64,000 bases of DNA from an uncultured delta proteobacterium (GCA_963728565.1 CAVSLC010000011.1:128001-192000); one strand, 5' to 3'; positions 1 to 10,355 are shown, counted from the stretch's first letter. The notes: generated from the letters alone by a model not told the origin. Translations and numbers: made by a program.

Positions 1-1048
1 CGGAAGGATTCACATGACATGATGTCGCGCCGCCGGAACTTTCCGGAACCGTGCGGCTTTTTCCAAACAGTTGATGCTCGTTTACCACCGCCGTGTAGAC
101 AAATTGATCCCCGAGAAACGTGCTCGAACCGATCTTGGCGCGAAAGGTATTGCCATCGAGTTGCGCCCCAGGATCGAACAATGACAGACACTCGGGACGA
201 AACCCCAGCAACACTTTCTCGCCGATCTTCGATGAGCTCTCGATTTTTAATTTGCCGATGGCTGAATCGGCTACGCCGAATTCGACCACTTGAGCGTCCA
301 ACCAATTTACCGAGCCGAAAAACTCGGCCACGTCGGCGCAGCTGGGCTTGTGATAGATTTCCAAGGGCGCGCCTACTTGCAGAAGTTCGCCGGCTTGCAT
401 GAGAGCAATCCTGTCGGCGATCGCCATAGCCTCGATTTGGTCGTGGGTGACGTAGAGCATCGTCGAGCCGAGCTGCTTTGCCAGCTCGCGGATTTTACCG
501 CGGACTTCTTCTCGCAGCCGCGCATCCAAATTACTTAGCGGCTCGTCCATCAATACGATCCGCGAATTCACCGCGATGGCGCGCGCCAACGCGACCCGCT
601 GTTGCTGCCCGCCGCTGAGCAAAGTCGCGGGTCGATCGGCTTGTTCTTCCAATTGCACCAGCCGTAAAGCTTCCTTGACCCGTTGGGCGACTTCCCGGCG
701 AGGAATCCGCTGCGATCCCTCAGCCAGAGGTAACGCGATGTTCTCGCAAACGGAAAGGTGAGGCCAGACTGCGTAGGACTGAAAAACCATGCCCAGCTTG
801 CGCTGCTGCGGAGGGATCCAGGTTGGAGGATTGTCAGAGGAGACGACTCTGTCGCCGATGCGGATTTCGCCGGAATCAGGAGTTTCCAGGCCGGCAATGC
901 AGCGCAGTAGAGTGGTTTTTCCCGAGCCGCTGGCGCCGACGATGACGAAGAGTTCACCCTCCGCTATTTCAAGATCGAGAGACCTGATGGCTGCGATGAC
1001 GCCGTCGCTAACGTCGAAACGTTTCTGCAAACGGCGGATTGAGATCAT
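1..1048 (-). CDS. ABC transporter ATP-binding protein (PotA/MalK type), runs off the left edge
   Basis: Manual translation from ATG 1048: MISIRRLQKRF...GASGSGKTTLLRCIAGLE (Walker A), LSGGQQQRVALAR signature, LMDEPLSNLD. Absent from the ORF track because the stop lies outside the window. Confidence 0.9.
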   Translation of the reverse strand, partial: MISIRRLQKRFDVSDGVIAAIRSLDLEIAEGELFVIVGASGSGKTTLLRCIAGLETPDSGEIRIGDRVVSSDNPPTWIPPQQRKLGMVFQSYAVWPHLSVCENIALPLAEGSQRIPRREVAQRVKEALRLVQLEEQADRPATLLSGGQQQRVALARAIAVNSRIVLMDEPLSNLDARLREEVRGKIRELAKQLGSTMLYVTHDQIEAMAIADRIALMQAGELLQVGAPLEIYHKPSCADVAEFFGSVNWLDAQVVEFGVADSAIGKLKIESSSKIGEKVLLGFRPECLSLFDPGAQLDGNTFRAKIGSSTFLGDQFVYTAVVNEHQLFGKSRTVPESSGGATSCHVNPS

Positions 1049-1219
1049 AGAATGAGGCTAGCTAATTGCTGTGTTGGTCTCGGCGCTAAGTGTCAATCGT
1101 TATCTGTCGTGCCATGCGCGAGGATTATCGGCGCAGGTTTTGGCGAAATACCTCCGGAGATCACTACCGTGTCGATGGTCGAAACAAGTCCGGCCAGACG
1201 AGCCAATCTTTTGAGAGCT

Positions 1220-1729
1220 TCAGCGATATTCGGCGCCCGGTAAGGGATTGGCAACCGCCTCTTCCAGGGTAGTTGCGCGCCGCCACTCGTTTGCCGGACG
1301 GCTTCTCCCGTCTTCGCCAATCTGGTCCATGGAAGCGTAAATTTCGATTTGATAACCGTCCGGGTCAAGAAATTCGACCCCGGGATTTCCGCCCGGCCCG
1401 CGGCGGCCCTCATATGTAATGGTCACACCCTTTGATTTCAGAAAATCACGAATTTTGAAGAGCTCTGAAACGGTTGCGACCTCGAGGGCAAAATGATCGA
1501 ACCCCACTTGGCCCCGTTTCGGCAGCGGCGTGTTTTCCTTGGCTTGCATCAACGCAACCGTGTGATGATCGGTTGCGTTGCGAAAGAAGACCATGCCGGT
1601 TTCATTACGATCCGAGAATTTGAAGCCCATGATCTCAGTCCAGAATTTACTGGTCCGTTCCAAGTCGCTGACCGTGTAAACCACATGGCCGATTTTTTTT
1701 ATTTTGATTGGAGATTGTTCGTCCGCCAT
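1220..1729 (-). CDS. VOC/glyoxalase family protein (extradiol dioxygenase-like single domain)
   Basis: GHVV...DHHT...DHFALEV...DPDGYQIEIY; His/His/Glu metal triad. Confidence 0.85.
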   Translation of the reverse strand: MADEQSPIKIKKIGHVVYTVSDLERTSKFWTEIMGFKFSDRNETGMVFFRNATDHHTVALMQAKENTPLPKRGQVGFDHFALEVATVSELFKIRDFLKSKGVTITYEGRRGPGGNPGVEFLDPDGYQIEIYASMDQIGEDGRSRPANEWRRATTLEEAVANPLPGAEYR

Positions 1730-1752
1730 AAGTCCTCCTTGCCCTAGTCTAG

Positions 1753-1900
1753 CATGCTGCTGAAAACTCTGATTGCAGGCTGCTCAAAAAGATCCAGACG
1801 CGAGGGCGCGCGGAAAATCGACGAGCGGAGGCGTACTTACAGTACGTTGCAGCGAGGCGATTGAGCGCAACGAAGCATACGGGTCTTTTTCAGCAGCCTG
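1753..1900. repeat. MITE-like element, copy 1
   Basis: Terminal IRs CA(T/G)GCTGCTGAAAA / TTTTCAGCAGCCTG, flanked by CTAG and TTAG; inverted homolog at 33277-33419. Confidence 0.8.
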
Positions 1901-1975
1901 TTAGCTGAGCGTTGTCTATCACGGTTAAACATTCAAGGCAAAACCTAAAGCAGCGCCGCCATGCCGGTGTTTTGC

Positions 1976-2347
1976 CTACTTAGCGCGTAGTTTGTCGACC
2001 ATTTTTCGGCTGTAGTTTCGCACCGAGCGCAATGGCATGGAGCGCCGCTTGAGCATGTCCAAGCGGATTAGCTTGAACTGGATACTCTTGGCCAAAGCGC
2101 GCCGCTCGCCTTCATCTTCTACATGCTTCAAAAGATCTTCGATGGTGTGGATGTCTTTTAGCAGTTGGGCTTCAGGCGGCAGCACATGGGCGTTCTTGAG
2201 AACCAAATAGCCGATGCGCAAATCCTCGGGCACCCAGCTCAGATCCTCGAGGTCCAGCGGTTTGCCCTTGCCCGGCAGATTGTCGAAAGCGCCCGTTCGT
2301 TGAGCTTCCTTTATCCGCTCTTCGGCGAGGCGCCAGAAGTAACTCAT
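1976..2347 (-). CDS. DUF1992 (DnaJ-homologue subfamily C28-like) protein
   Basis: LAEERIKEAQRTGAFDNLPGKGKPL...LKNAHVLPPE motif. Confidence 0.85.
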   Translation of the reverse strand: MSYFWRLAEERIKEAQRTGAFDNLPGKGKPLDLEDLSWVPEDLRIGYLVLKNAHVLPPEAQLLKDIHTIEDLLKHVEDEGERRALAKSIQFKLIRLDMLKRRSMPLRSVRNYSRKMVDKLRAK

Positions 2348-3594
2348 GCGGGGCTCCTTTCCACGGCGGGTTGCTGGATCTCCTCCGGCGGCCTGATGTG
2401 GCGAAACATCAGATAAAAGGCGACATCGTTGATTAATTGTAACCCGCCGCCGATGAACAACGGAAGAGTCAGGGATACGCTTTGCATCAGATAGGTGGAG
2501 ATGGTTGGGCTGATGCCGAATGGAACGATGCGCGCTAGACTGGTGACTCCGGCCGCCGAACCTCTCTCACTCGACCGCACCATCGCCATAGTAAAAGAGG
2601 AACGCAGCGGGTTGTCCATGTAAGCAAAATAAGAGCGCACAGCAAGCATGGTCGCCGCGATCTTAAATGTGGGCGCCAGCGGGATCAGAAGATAAATAAT
2701 CGATGCCAAGCCATGGGAAAACGCCATCGTTTTAACCAGCCCGATGTAGCGCGCGATGATCGGCGCGCTCAAAAAAGACAACGCCGCCAGAAAATAGGAA
2801 ATAAAGAACAACAAGCCGAGAGACTTCAACTCCACGCCGTAACGCAGGAAAAACCAGTACGACACCAATGATCCGGCCAGGCCGGCGCCGAAATTATCGA
2901 CGAACGACAACAGCGACATTTTGGTTACGAAAACACCTGTGGCCTTGGAGATTTTTTTTACGGTCTTATGCGGCTGATGCTCTTCACCGATCGCGCTGTA
3001 AACATAGAGCAGGATAACGCTGAAGACGATCGTCAGGATGAAGAGCGGCTTGTAGGATGAAACGGCGGTCCAGCCTCGGATCTCCTGCAGGTACTGCGGC
3101 AAGCCGGCGCCGAGCGCGCCAACCGAGCCCATGATCGAGCCAACAAACGAGTTCATGGCAAACACCTGATTTCTGTTCTCCGGCTTACATTTCTCGGCGA
3201 GCAACGCCTCTTCGACCGGATTGAACGGTCCGCCGCCGGAACCACCGCCGCCGGAGCCGCCCGCGCCGACATTGGCGATGACGACCGCCAGCAAGATAAA
3301 CACCAGGCCGCTGAAAAAAATATAAATGCCATTGGAGATAATCGTCAGCACGGCTAACAGCATTAGAATTTTTCGGCGCCCGTAACGGTCCGATAGGTAG
3401 CCCCATACCGCCGTCAGGAGCGCCCCGGCCAGGTAGGCGACAGAGAAGATAATGCCGATCATCACCGGGGTATAGCCTAGCTGATCCAGATAGATGGCGA
3501 ACACGACGTTCAAATAAGAAAAAGCGAAGGATCGGATACCGCGCGATGCCATGAGCAGCTTGGCGTCGTGGTGCAGATCTGTAAAAAATTTCAT
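2344..3594 (-). CDS. MFS transporter
   Basis: About 12 hydrophobic segments, motif A GYLSDRYGRRK; likely start MKFFTDLHH at 3594. Confidence 0.88.
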   Translation of the reverse strand: MKFFTDLHHDAKLLMASRGIRSFAFSYLNVVFAIYLDQLGYTPVMIGIIFSVAYLAGALLTAVWGYLSDRYGRRKILMLLAVLTIISNGIYIFFSGLVFILLAVVIANVGAGGSGGGGSGGGPFNPVEEALLAEKCKPENRNQVFAMNSFVGSIMGSVGALGAGLPQYLQEIRGWTAVSSYKPLFILTIVFSVILLYVYSAIGEEHQPHKTVKKISKATGVFVTKMSLLSFVDNFGAGLAGSLVSYWFFLRYGVELKSLGLLFFISYFLAALSFLSAPIIARYIGLVKTMAFSHGLASIIYLLIPLAPTFKIAATMLAVRSYFAYMDNPLRSSFTMAMVRSSERGSAAGVTSLARIVPFGISPTISTYLMQSVSLTLPLFIGGGLQLINDVAFYLMFRHIRPPEEIQQPAVERSPA

Positions 3595-4059
3595 CAAGCC
3601 GCCGATCTCGGTTCGCAATTCTGTTCCTCGGGCGGTTTAACTCCGTGGAACAGATAATAAAAAACACAATCATGAAAGAGTTGTAAAAAACCGCCCAAGA
3701 AGATCGGCACGTTCAATGAAAATGCCTGCATCATGTACGCCGACATAGTCGGGCTCACCGCCATGGGAACATGGCGCGATAGCGTGGTGATCCCGGGCGC
3801 GACACCGCGAGCTTCGGGTCTTACGGCGAGCAGGATGAGAATCTTCCGGCGGCCGAAACGGTCCACAGATAACCACACAAAGCTGTCAGCAGGGCGCACT
3901 AGCATAAGCTGTTGAAATAACCAGTCGCACCGTTACTGTCGAGTAACCTAACTGAGACAGGTAGATTGCGAAAATTACGTTTAAATAAGAGAACGCGAAG
4001 GCTCTGACGCCGCGTGAACCCATGAGCACGGCCGCATCCCGGTGCAATTCTTTGAACAT
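3594..4059 (-). pseudogene. Internally deleted, frameshifted paralog of the adjacent MFS gene
   Basis: ATG 4059 gives MFKELHRDAAVLMGSRGVRAFAFSYLNVIFAIY (matches neighbour N-terminus); after frameshifts DRFGRRKILILLAV is fused directly to the C-terminal RPEARG...PIFLGGFLQL...KPPEE. Confidence 0.85.
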
Positions 4060-4067
4060 CAAATCCG

Positions 4068-5027
4068 CTAAGCTTTCTGGGCCCGGTAGTATTCACGCTC
4101 GGAATCCAACTCGGTCTTGATGCCGATTGCGTGCAAAGCGACGTTTGCCTGATCGAGAGAGGAGCTGCCGTAGACTGCTCGAGCGGGGCGCGAAAGGGCT
4201 TCGAACAGTTTACTTGCCGAAATGAAAAAGGTTAGAGCGCTCAATGGTGTGAGCTTCACGCGTCTGCTGCCCTCGCGAATTCCGCTTTCTCCCGACGCGC
4301 CGCGGAAGCCCTGGACCGGGATCGCGCTCGCTTCTGTGGGAACTGTTTTGATCGCCGCTTCGAGCTCCGCCGCGGTTTTGGGAGTCAGTGACCACGCGCC
4401 CAACAAGCCACCGGCGCTCGCTAGTATGCTCAGCGCGGCTTCGATTTCGTCGACGGTTAATTCACCGTCGCTGCCATAGCCGAATACTCCCCAAAGCACG
4501 CGATAGCCGCGCTTCTCCAATTCGACGAAGCCTGCCAGCATCACGGAATCCGCCAATGGGCTACGCAAGCCCGGTTCGGTGCCTTGTGCCAGCGAATCGC
4601 CGCCGACATCCAGGCCGACGAGCAGGTCGGTTTGCAGTTCTTCGATCGCGCGCTCCACCCCCGCTACGACTCCTTGGACGCCGCCGCTGATATCGACGAG
4701 TAAGACCTCTTTCGCTAAAAATTCCGCCATCCTCGACTCGGCGAAGTAAACGCCGGTCTTGGTTTGGCTCTCGCGATTAGCCATCCATGCGTACTGATGC
4801 AAAGCGCGAACATTCTCGACTTCGCTCAGCATGCGGGGGCCCGGTAGCGGGTCGAAAACCCGGCGCTCCCAGGAAAGACCGCCGAGGATGAATTCCAAGC
4901 CGCAGAATTCGAGAAACCTGGCCGTCGCCAGTGCGCCGGCAACATCGCCGCCGCCACCGATGCCGATTACCAGGCTGCGCGAAGATTCGCCTATGATATC
5001 CTCGAGAGAAGGAGAGGCGGAACTCAT
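4068..5027 (-). CDS. DUF1152 family protein
   Basis: GIGGGGDV, GLDVGGDSLA, GYGSDGEL motifs; likely start MSSASPSL overlapping the upstream stop. Confidence 0.8.
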   Translation of the reverse strand: MSSASPSLEDIIGESSRSLVIGIGGGGDVAGALATARFLEFCGLEFILGGLSWERRVFDPLPGPRMLSEVENVRALHQYAWMANRESQTKTGVYFAESRMAEFLAKEVLLVDISGGVQGVVAGVERAIEELQTDLLVGLDVGGDSLAQGTEPGLRSPLADSVMLAGFVELEKRGYRVLWGVFGYGSDGELTVDEIEAALSILASAGGLLGAWSLTPKTAAELEAAIKTVPTEASAIPVQGFRGASGESGIREGSRRVKLTPLSALTFFISASKLFEALSRPARAVYGSSSLDQANVALHAIGIKTELDSEREYYRAQKA

Positions 5028-5578
5028 TTCGGAAGGTGAGTGTCCTGACCGGGGACGGGATGAGCGATAGCTTCCTCCAGCGATTTCACACCATGCCATT
5101 CATTTTGCGGCCGCACCCGACCATCGCTGCCGATTTGATCGACGCCCCAGTAAATTTCCACCGAGTGGTTGTCCGGATCGCGGAACTCTACGGCGATCTG
5201 GCAACCGGCCCGGCGGCGTCCTTCAAAATCGATCCGAACATGATTGGCGCGCAAGCGATCACGAGCCCGAATGACTTCGGCGAGTGTCGGGACTTCAAAG
5301 GCGAAGTGATGCAGCTCTTGGTTAGCCGCTTGTCGCTCCCCGGCCCCGACCAACGCCAGGCAATGATGGTCCGTGTTGCAGCGCAGGAAAACCATCCCGC
5401 CAGGCATCATCGTTTCGGGATAAACATCGGAGACTCTCAGGCCGAGCACTTGGGTGTAAAAAGCGGTGGACCTTTCCAGGTCGCTGACCTGCAGCACGAT
5501 ATGACCGAGTTTACCGATATGAAAGTCCATTCCATGGGGAGGATGCATGCTCTTTAATTTATCTATATTGATTGTCAT
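5024..5578 (-). CDS. VOC/glyoxalase family protein
   Basis: GHIVL...DHHC...HHFAFEV...DPDNHSVEIY; paralog of 1220-1729. Confidence 0.85.
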   Translation of the reverse strand: MTINIDKLKSMHPPHGMDFHIGKLGHIVLQVSDLERSTAFYTQVLGLRVSDVYPETMMPGGMVFLRCNTDHHCLALVGAGERQAANQELHHFAFEVPTLAEVIRARDRLRANHVRIDFEGRRRAGCQIAVEFRDPDNHSVEIYWGVDQIGSDGRVRPQNEWHGVKSLEEAIAHPVPGQDTHLPK

Positions 5579-5635
5579 GTTCCTCCTCTCGCCGTTCAGG
5601 CGCGGCGCAGGGGTGAGAAGCGCAGTGGAACTCTT

Positions 5636-6430
5636 TCAACTCGGCGAACTCGGCAGGAGACGATTGGCGCGCAAGAATTCAATGACCAACTCATCGAAGC
5701 CGGCTGGATCTTCGATGCAGCAGGCGTGGCCGGTCTTGGGCAAGATCCGGTGCATGGCGCCCGGAATCAGCGAGGCGGTGCGTTGGCCGGCCTTGAGAGA
5801 GTTGTCGTATTCACCGTTGATCACCAACGTCGGCACCCTCATCGATCCAAGCCGCGGCGTCATGTCGGTCCCGCCCCGGGCGCGAAAGATCTGGGCAATG
5901 GATTCTCCGGAGAGCCACGGATCCCTCTCGACGTAGGTGTTGAGCAGATATTTACCGAGTTTGGTTTGGGGAAAATCCGGCGCCACCAGTTCCTTCAGGT
6001 GTTGAATGTGGTATTTCTCGATGCCGATTTTGGTATAACCCTGAATTCGCTCATCGATGGCGCCGCCGGGACCACTGCTGCCGCCGACCAGGATCAGAGC
6101 CTTGAACAGTTCCGGATAATCCAGGCCAAGCAGAAGCGCCATTCCTGAGCCGACACTCACGCCGCCCAATATGGCTTCCGTGACGCCCTCATCGCGGCAC
6201 ACCCCGAGAACATCGTCGGCCATGTCTTTTAGTGTGAAGGGTGTGCTTGGCTTGTCCGAACGACCGTAACCGCGAATATCGATGGCGATGACTTTGAAAT
6301 AGGTCGAGAAGTGCGCGATCTGGTACATCCACAAGTTATGATCGAACGGATTGGCATGGACCATGACGAAGGGAAATCCCTCGCCGGAAACTTCGTAGTA
6401 GATTTTGAGACCGTTGGCCGTGCTGTACAT
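5636..6430 (-). CDS. Alpha/beta fold hydrolase (enol-lactonase-like)
   Basis: DIRGYGRSD, nucleophile elbow GVSVG, C-terminal GH. Confidence 0.88.
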   Translation of the reverse strand: MYSTANGLKIYYEVSGEGFPFVMVHANPFDHNLWMYQIAHFSTYFKVIAIDIRGYGRSDKPSTPFTLKDMADDVLGVCRDEGVTEAILGGVSVGSGMALLLGLDYPELFKALILVGGSSGPGGAIDERIQGYTKIGIEKYHIQHLKELVAPDFPQTKLGKYLLNTYVERDPWLSGESIAQIFRARGGTDMTPRLGSMRVPTLVINGEYDNSLKAGQRTASLIPGAMHRILPKTGHACCIEDPAGFDELVIEFLRANRLLPSSPS

Positions 6431-6446
6431 TAGCCGGAATACTTCC

Positions 6447-6557
6447 GTTCAAATGTTCAAGCCGTTCAATCGCTGCGCTCCGTTCAAATCGTCGGGACAC
6501 GTTCTGTCAGCTCCTCTGACGTTTTGAACGTTTTGAACGTCTTTGAACGGCTTGAAC
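6447..6557. repeat. GTTCAA/TTGAAC tandem-unit palindromic element
   Basis: GTTCAAGCCGTTCAA (6455-6469) is the exact inverse of TTGAACGGCTTGAAC (6543-6557), with further units. Confidence 0.75.
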
Positions 6558-7272
6558 ACTTCTTTATTTCGCGTTTGCGCGGCCGCTCCTGTTTGATCTT
6601 TTCCTTTACTTCGTCGAGCTTCATCACGTCGCAGTACTTGTGATGCATATCGAAGAGGTTGACCTTGTGCGATAGCGGACTGCGATCAAAGACGCACTCT
6701 TCGACAATCGAAACGTGATATCCCAGCGAATAACCGTCGACTGAGCTGGCGCGGACGCAGCCGCTGGTGCTTTCGCCACAGACGATCAGGCTGTCGATCC
6801 CTTTCTGTGTCAAATGAGCGATTAGCGGCGTGCCGAAGAAGCCGCTGGCGCGCTCCTTGAAGATGACCACGTCATTGGCTTCGGGTTTGAACTCTTCGCG
6901 GATTTCGAAGGCTTGCGGATCGATCTTAACCCGCTGCCGGTTGGTTGCATAAACCTTATCAGGATTGGCTTCCTTGCGAGTTTCCGTCGTGGTGTAGAAG
7001 ATCGGAATCTTTAGCGAACGCGCCAGCGCAAACAGTTCCTGTGTCGGCTTGATGGCGTTGTAAGCGTAGACGCCGCAGGAGCTCTTATGGGTATCGACCA
7101 GCTCATGAGGCTCTTTAGGGCCGCCTTCATAGGCGAGGTTATAAAGGTCGATGGCCAGCAGCGCCGGTCTCTGGCCGATATAGGTCTCGCGATGATACGG
7201 GGTGTAGGTCTTAAGAATTTCCGGGGTGACAACGTCTTTCCAACAATGATCCTCAAAATTATCCACTGCCAT
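6484..7272 (-). CDS. Isochorismatase/cysteine hydrolase family (amidohydrolase-like)
   Basis: ALLAID, K-x-x-ASGFFGT, GESTSGCVRAS (D-K-C triad); C-terminus reads into the repeat. Confidence 0.88.
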   Translation of the reverse strand: MAVDNFEDHCWKDVVTPEILKTYTPYHRETYIGQRPALLAIDLYNLAYEGGPKEPHELVDTHKSSCGVYAYNAIKPTQELFALARSLKIPIFYTTTETRKEANPDKVYATNRQRVKIDPQAFEIREEFKPEANDVVIFKERASGFFGTPLIAHLTQKGIDSLIVCGESTSGCVRASSVDGYSLGYHVSIVEECVFDRSPLSHKVNLFDMHHKYCDVMKLDEVKEKIKQERPRKREIKKCSSRSKTFKTFKTSEELTERVPTI

Positions 7273-7481
7273 GGAGCTTCTCCTTAATCGATTAGATGGT
7301 TTGTTCTATCGCCTCGATTAAAGCCTTGTCAAGGAAGACCCGTGACAGAGATATTTCCGCATAAGCGGTGATCGGCAGCGCGGCACAAATGGGGTATCGG
7401 ACCATACTATATCGATTGACACTCAAGTTCGAGGTTAGTTATATGGATGCCGACAATCGTAGCGGTCAGGGAGGATACTCG

Positions 7482-9209
7482 ATGTCAGACCAGAACAAGA
7501 AATCGGCTAGGAATACCCGCGGGAACCTGAGCCGGCGGCATTTCATCAAATTGGCCGGCACGAGCGCGGCCGCGCTGGGCACTCTGCCGTGGCCGAAAGC
7601 GCCGCTCTTTGCCGCTCAGCCCGCGCGAAAAAGAATTATCATTCATGGCGAGCGTCAAGTGACGAGTCTCGGCTATCACAATCGTCGCGAGACGGAGCAT
7701 GTGTCCATGGTGGATGCCGGCCTGGTCGGTCAAAACCCTGCGACTCTCGAACGCGTACCGGTGCTGGCCGAGGAACTGCCGTCGGTCAAGAAGGGAACGT
7801 GGAAGATCGATCCTCAGAAAAAAACCATGATCACGGTCTATAAGCTCCGTCCTAATCTCAAGTGGCATGACGGCAAGCCGTACACTTCCAAAGATTTCGA
7901 GTTTGGCTGGCAGATTGCGAAACATCCGCAATTTCCTATGCCGGATCGGCTCGTGCCGGAAATGATTTCAAAGATCGAAACGCCAGACGATCGCACCCTC
8001 GTGATTCATTGGAATGATCTCTACAACGAGGCTTATGCGATCCAGTACACTCACGTGCGCGCCTTTCCGCGCCACCTGTTGCAGGAAGCCTTCAACGCCG
8101 GCGATATGAAGGCATTTGCCAATTTGCCTTATTGGAACAAAAACTTTATCGGCGCCGGGGCATACCGGGTTGTGGAATGGGACGCCGGCAGCCGCATGGA
8201 GCTCGAAGCTTTTAATGACTTCGCGCTCGGCAAGCCCAAGATCGACCGGGTGACTTACAAAACCGTCGAGGACAACAATACCAATCTTGCGGCGGTGCTG
8301 GCCGGAGAAGTGGACCTGTGCATGCGCAGCACTATTTCTTTCGATGGCGCGATGATCCTGCGCGATCAGTGGGAGAAGGCGGGAAAAGGCAAAGTCCATA
8401 TCAGCCCTGCCTCCTGGACCTGGCTCAACCTGAGCCGCGACAACCCTCTGTTCAGTGATGTCAGTGTGCGCCGTGCGTTGCTGCATGCCATAGACCGCGA
8501 CGCGATGGTGCAGAACATGTTTAGGGGAGAGAAAGTGGTTTCGGATATTCCGCTATCGCGGGTCCGCAAGACTTACAAAAAAGCCTTATCGACCGTGACC
8601 CTCTATAAGTACGACCCGGAACGGGCAAAAAAACTTCTCGCCGAGGCCGGCTGGAAGCCCGGCTCTGACGGAATTTTGACGAATGCTAAAGGCGAGCGGA
8701 TGGAGTTCGAATTCCGTGTCACCGCGGAACGGCGCGATCATGAGCAGGCCCAGGCGATCATCGCCGATTACTGGAAGAAGATCGGCGTGCGCGGCACTAT
8801 CAAAAATCTGCCGAACCGGTTGCTCAACTCAGCGGATAACCGCAATCGTTGGCCGGGCGCGTTCATCGGTTCGCACAACGTTACAGTGGAAGAATGGCCC
8901 GAACGGTTTCACACCAAGAACATTCCCACGGCCGAGAACAAGTATGCTCCCGAAAACGTCTCCGGCTGGAATGATCCGCGTAAAGACGAGATTCTGGACG
9001 AGATCAATTCGATCATCCCGGAGGCGCGCTCCGAACAGCTGCAACTGGACTTTCTCAGAATGTTTACTGAAGCGCTGCCGCACCTGCCGCTGTACTACTC
9101 GCCGGAAATTCTCGTGGTGAAAAGAGGCCTTACCGGAGTGACGCCGCGGCAGGAAAGCGGCGGGCAAAACTCTAGCAGTTGGAACATGCAGCAGTGGGAT
9201 AAGACTTAA
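7482..9209 (+). CDS. Peptide/nickel ABC transporter substrate-binding protein, Tat-exported
   Basis: GGAGG before ATG 7482, SRRHFIK twin-arginine motif, LRPNLKWHDGKP family 5 signature. Confidence 0.9.
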   Translation: MSDQNKKSARNTRGNLSRRHFIKLAGTSAAALGTLPWPKAPLFAAQPARKRIIIHGERQVTSLGYHNRRETEHVSMVDAGLVGQNPATLERVPVLAEELPSVKKGTWKIDPQKKTMITVYKLRPNLKWHDGKPYTSKDFEFGWQIAKHPQFPMPDRLVPEMISKIETPDDRTLVIHWNDLYNEAYAIQYTHVRAFPRHLLQEAFNAGDMKAFANLPYWNKNFIGAGAYRVVEWDAGSRMELEAFNDFALGKPKIDRVTYKTVEDNNTNLAAVLAGEVDLCMRSTISFDGAMILRDQWEKAGKGKVHISPASWTWLNLSRDNPLFSDVSVRRALLHAIDRDAMVQNMFRGEKVVSDIPLSRVRKTYKKALSTVTLYKYDPERAKKLLAEAGWKPGSDGILTNAKGERMEFEFRVTAERRDHEQAQAIIADYWKKIGVRGTIKNLPNRLLNSADNRNRWPGAFIGSHNVTVEEWPERFHTKNIPTAENKYAPENVSGWNDPRKDEILDEINSIIPEARSEQLQLDFLRMFTEALPHLPLYYSPEILVVKRGLTGVTPRQESGGQNSSSWNMQQWDKT

Positions 9210-9216
9210 AACGCTC

Positions 9217-9369
9217 GTTCAACAGTTCAACCGTTCCAACGTTCAACGTCAGATTAAAACGGGCCAGATGGGTTCCAAATGTTCCAATGGAAATGTCTTG
9301 AACTTTGAACTATCGAACCAGGCCTATTACTGAGTCACGTTGAACCGTTGAACGTTTGAACTGTTGAAC
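9217..9369. repeat. GTTCAA/TTGAAC palindromic element, copy 2
   Basis: GTTCAACAGTTCAACCGTTCCAACGTTCAACG versus CGTTGAACCGTTGAACGTTTGAACTGTTGAAC, between binding-protein and permease genes. Confidence 0.8.
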
Positions 9370-9379
9370 CAAGTTTTTT

Positions 9380-10351
9380 ATGGTTTTGTATATTTTCCGT
9401 CGTCTGATCCAGCTCGTGCCGCTGCTCTTCTTCGTCTCCGCTCTGATTTTTTTCCTGCTCTATTCCATGCCAGGGGATCCGCTCTACCGGATGCTCGAGG
9501 GAATCCCCAACCTCCGTCCGGAAGATTATGAACGCCTGCGCAAGCTCTACGGCTTCGACGATCCTTTCTACATTCAGTATTGGAAGTGGCTCTGGCAACT
9601 GCTGCAGCTGAACCCCGGTTATTCGCGCGAATATGGACAGCCGGTGATCGATATCATTATTCCGGCTTTGAAAAATACTCTGGTGCTGACGATCACGGCG
9701 GTGGTCATCGGCAAACTGATCGCGATTGCCTTGGGTATTTTTTCGGCGGTTCGGCAATATTCCGTCGGCGATTACCTGCTGACGGCGCTGACCTTTGTCG
9801 CCTATTCGGTCCCGGCGTTCTGGCTCGGGTTGATGATGATCATCCTTTTTTCCGTGAAACTCGGCTGGTTGCCTACTTCCGGCATTGTCAATCCCGACCT
9901 GACGCCGGGCACCTGGGAAGCGACGGTCGATTGGATGAAACATCTCATATTGCCGGTGTCGGTGCTGGCGATTTCGGAGATCATTCAGGTGCAGCGATTT
10001 ATGCGTTCAAGTTTGTTGGAGGTGCTGCGGCAGGACTATCTGACGACGGCCCGGGCCAAGGGGTTGAGCGAACAGACCGTGATCGGCCGTCATGCTCTGA
10101 AGAATGCGCTCATTCCCGTAGTCACCATCATCGCGGTAACGATGCCGCGGGTAATCGGCGGTTCGACTGTGGTCGAAACTGTTTTTGCTTACCCCGGAAT
10201 GGGCCGGCTCCTCTACACTTCGGTGATGGGCAATGATTATGTCATTGCCATGACGGTGGTCATGATTCTGGCCGTGGCGGTGGTGTTCTTTAATCTGCTG
10301 GCCGACATTCTCTACGGCTGGCTTGATCCACGCATCCGCTACCAAAATTGA
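9380..10351 (+). CDS. Peptide ABC transporter permease (DppB/OppB type)
   Basis: LRQDYLTTARAKGL loop, HALKNALIP, WLDPRIR. Confidence 0.92.
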   Translation: MVLYIFRRLIQLVPLLFFVSALIFFLLYSMPGDPLYRMLEGIPNLRPEDYERLRKLYGFDDPFYIQYWKWLWQLLQLNPGYSREYGQPVIDIIIPALKNTLVLTITAVVIGKLIAIALGIFSAVRQYSVGDYLLTALTFVAYSVPAFWLGLMMIILFSVKLGWLPTSGIVNPDLTPGTWEATVDWMKHLILPVSVLAISEIIQVQRFMRSSLLEVLRQDYLTTARAKGLSEQTVIGRHALKNALIPVVTIIAVTMPRVIGGSTVVETVFAYPGMGRLLYTSVMGNDYVIAMTVVMILAVAVVFFNLLADILYGWLDPRIRYQN

Positions 10352-10355
10352 CCCG

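Noticed and set aside
6447-9369. GTTCAA repeats as a CRISPR array
   Set aside because: Units are only 6 bp with no constant-length unique spacers, the arrangement is inverted, and there are no cas genes.
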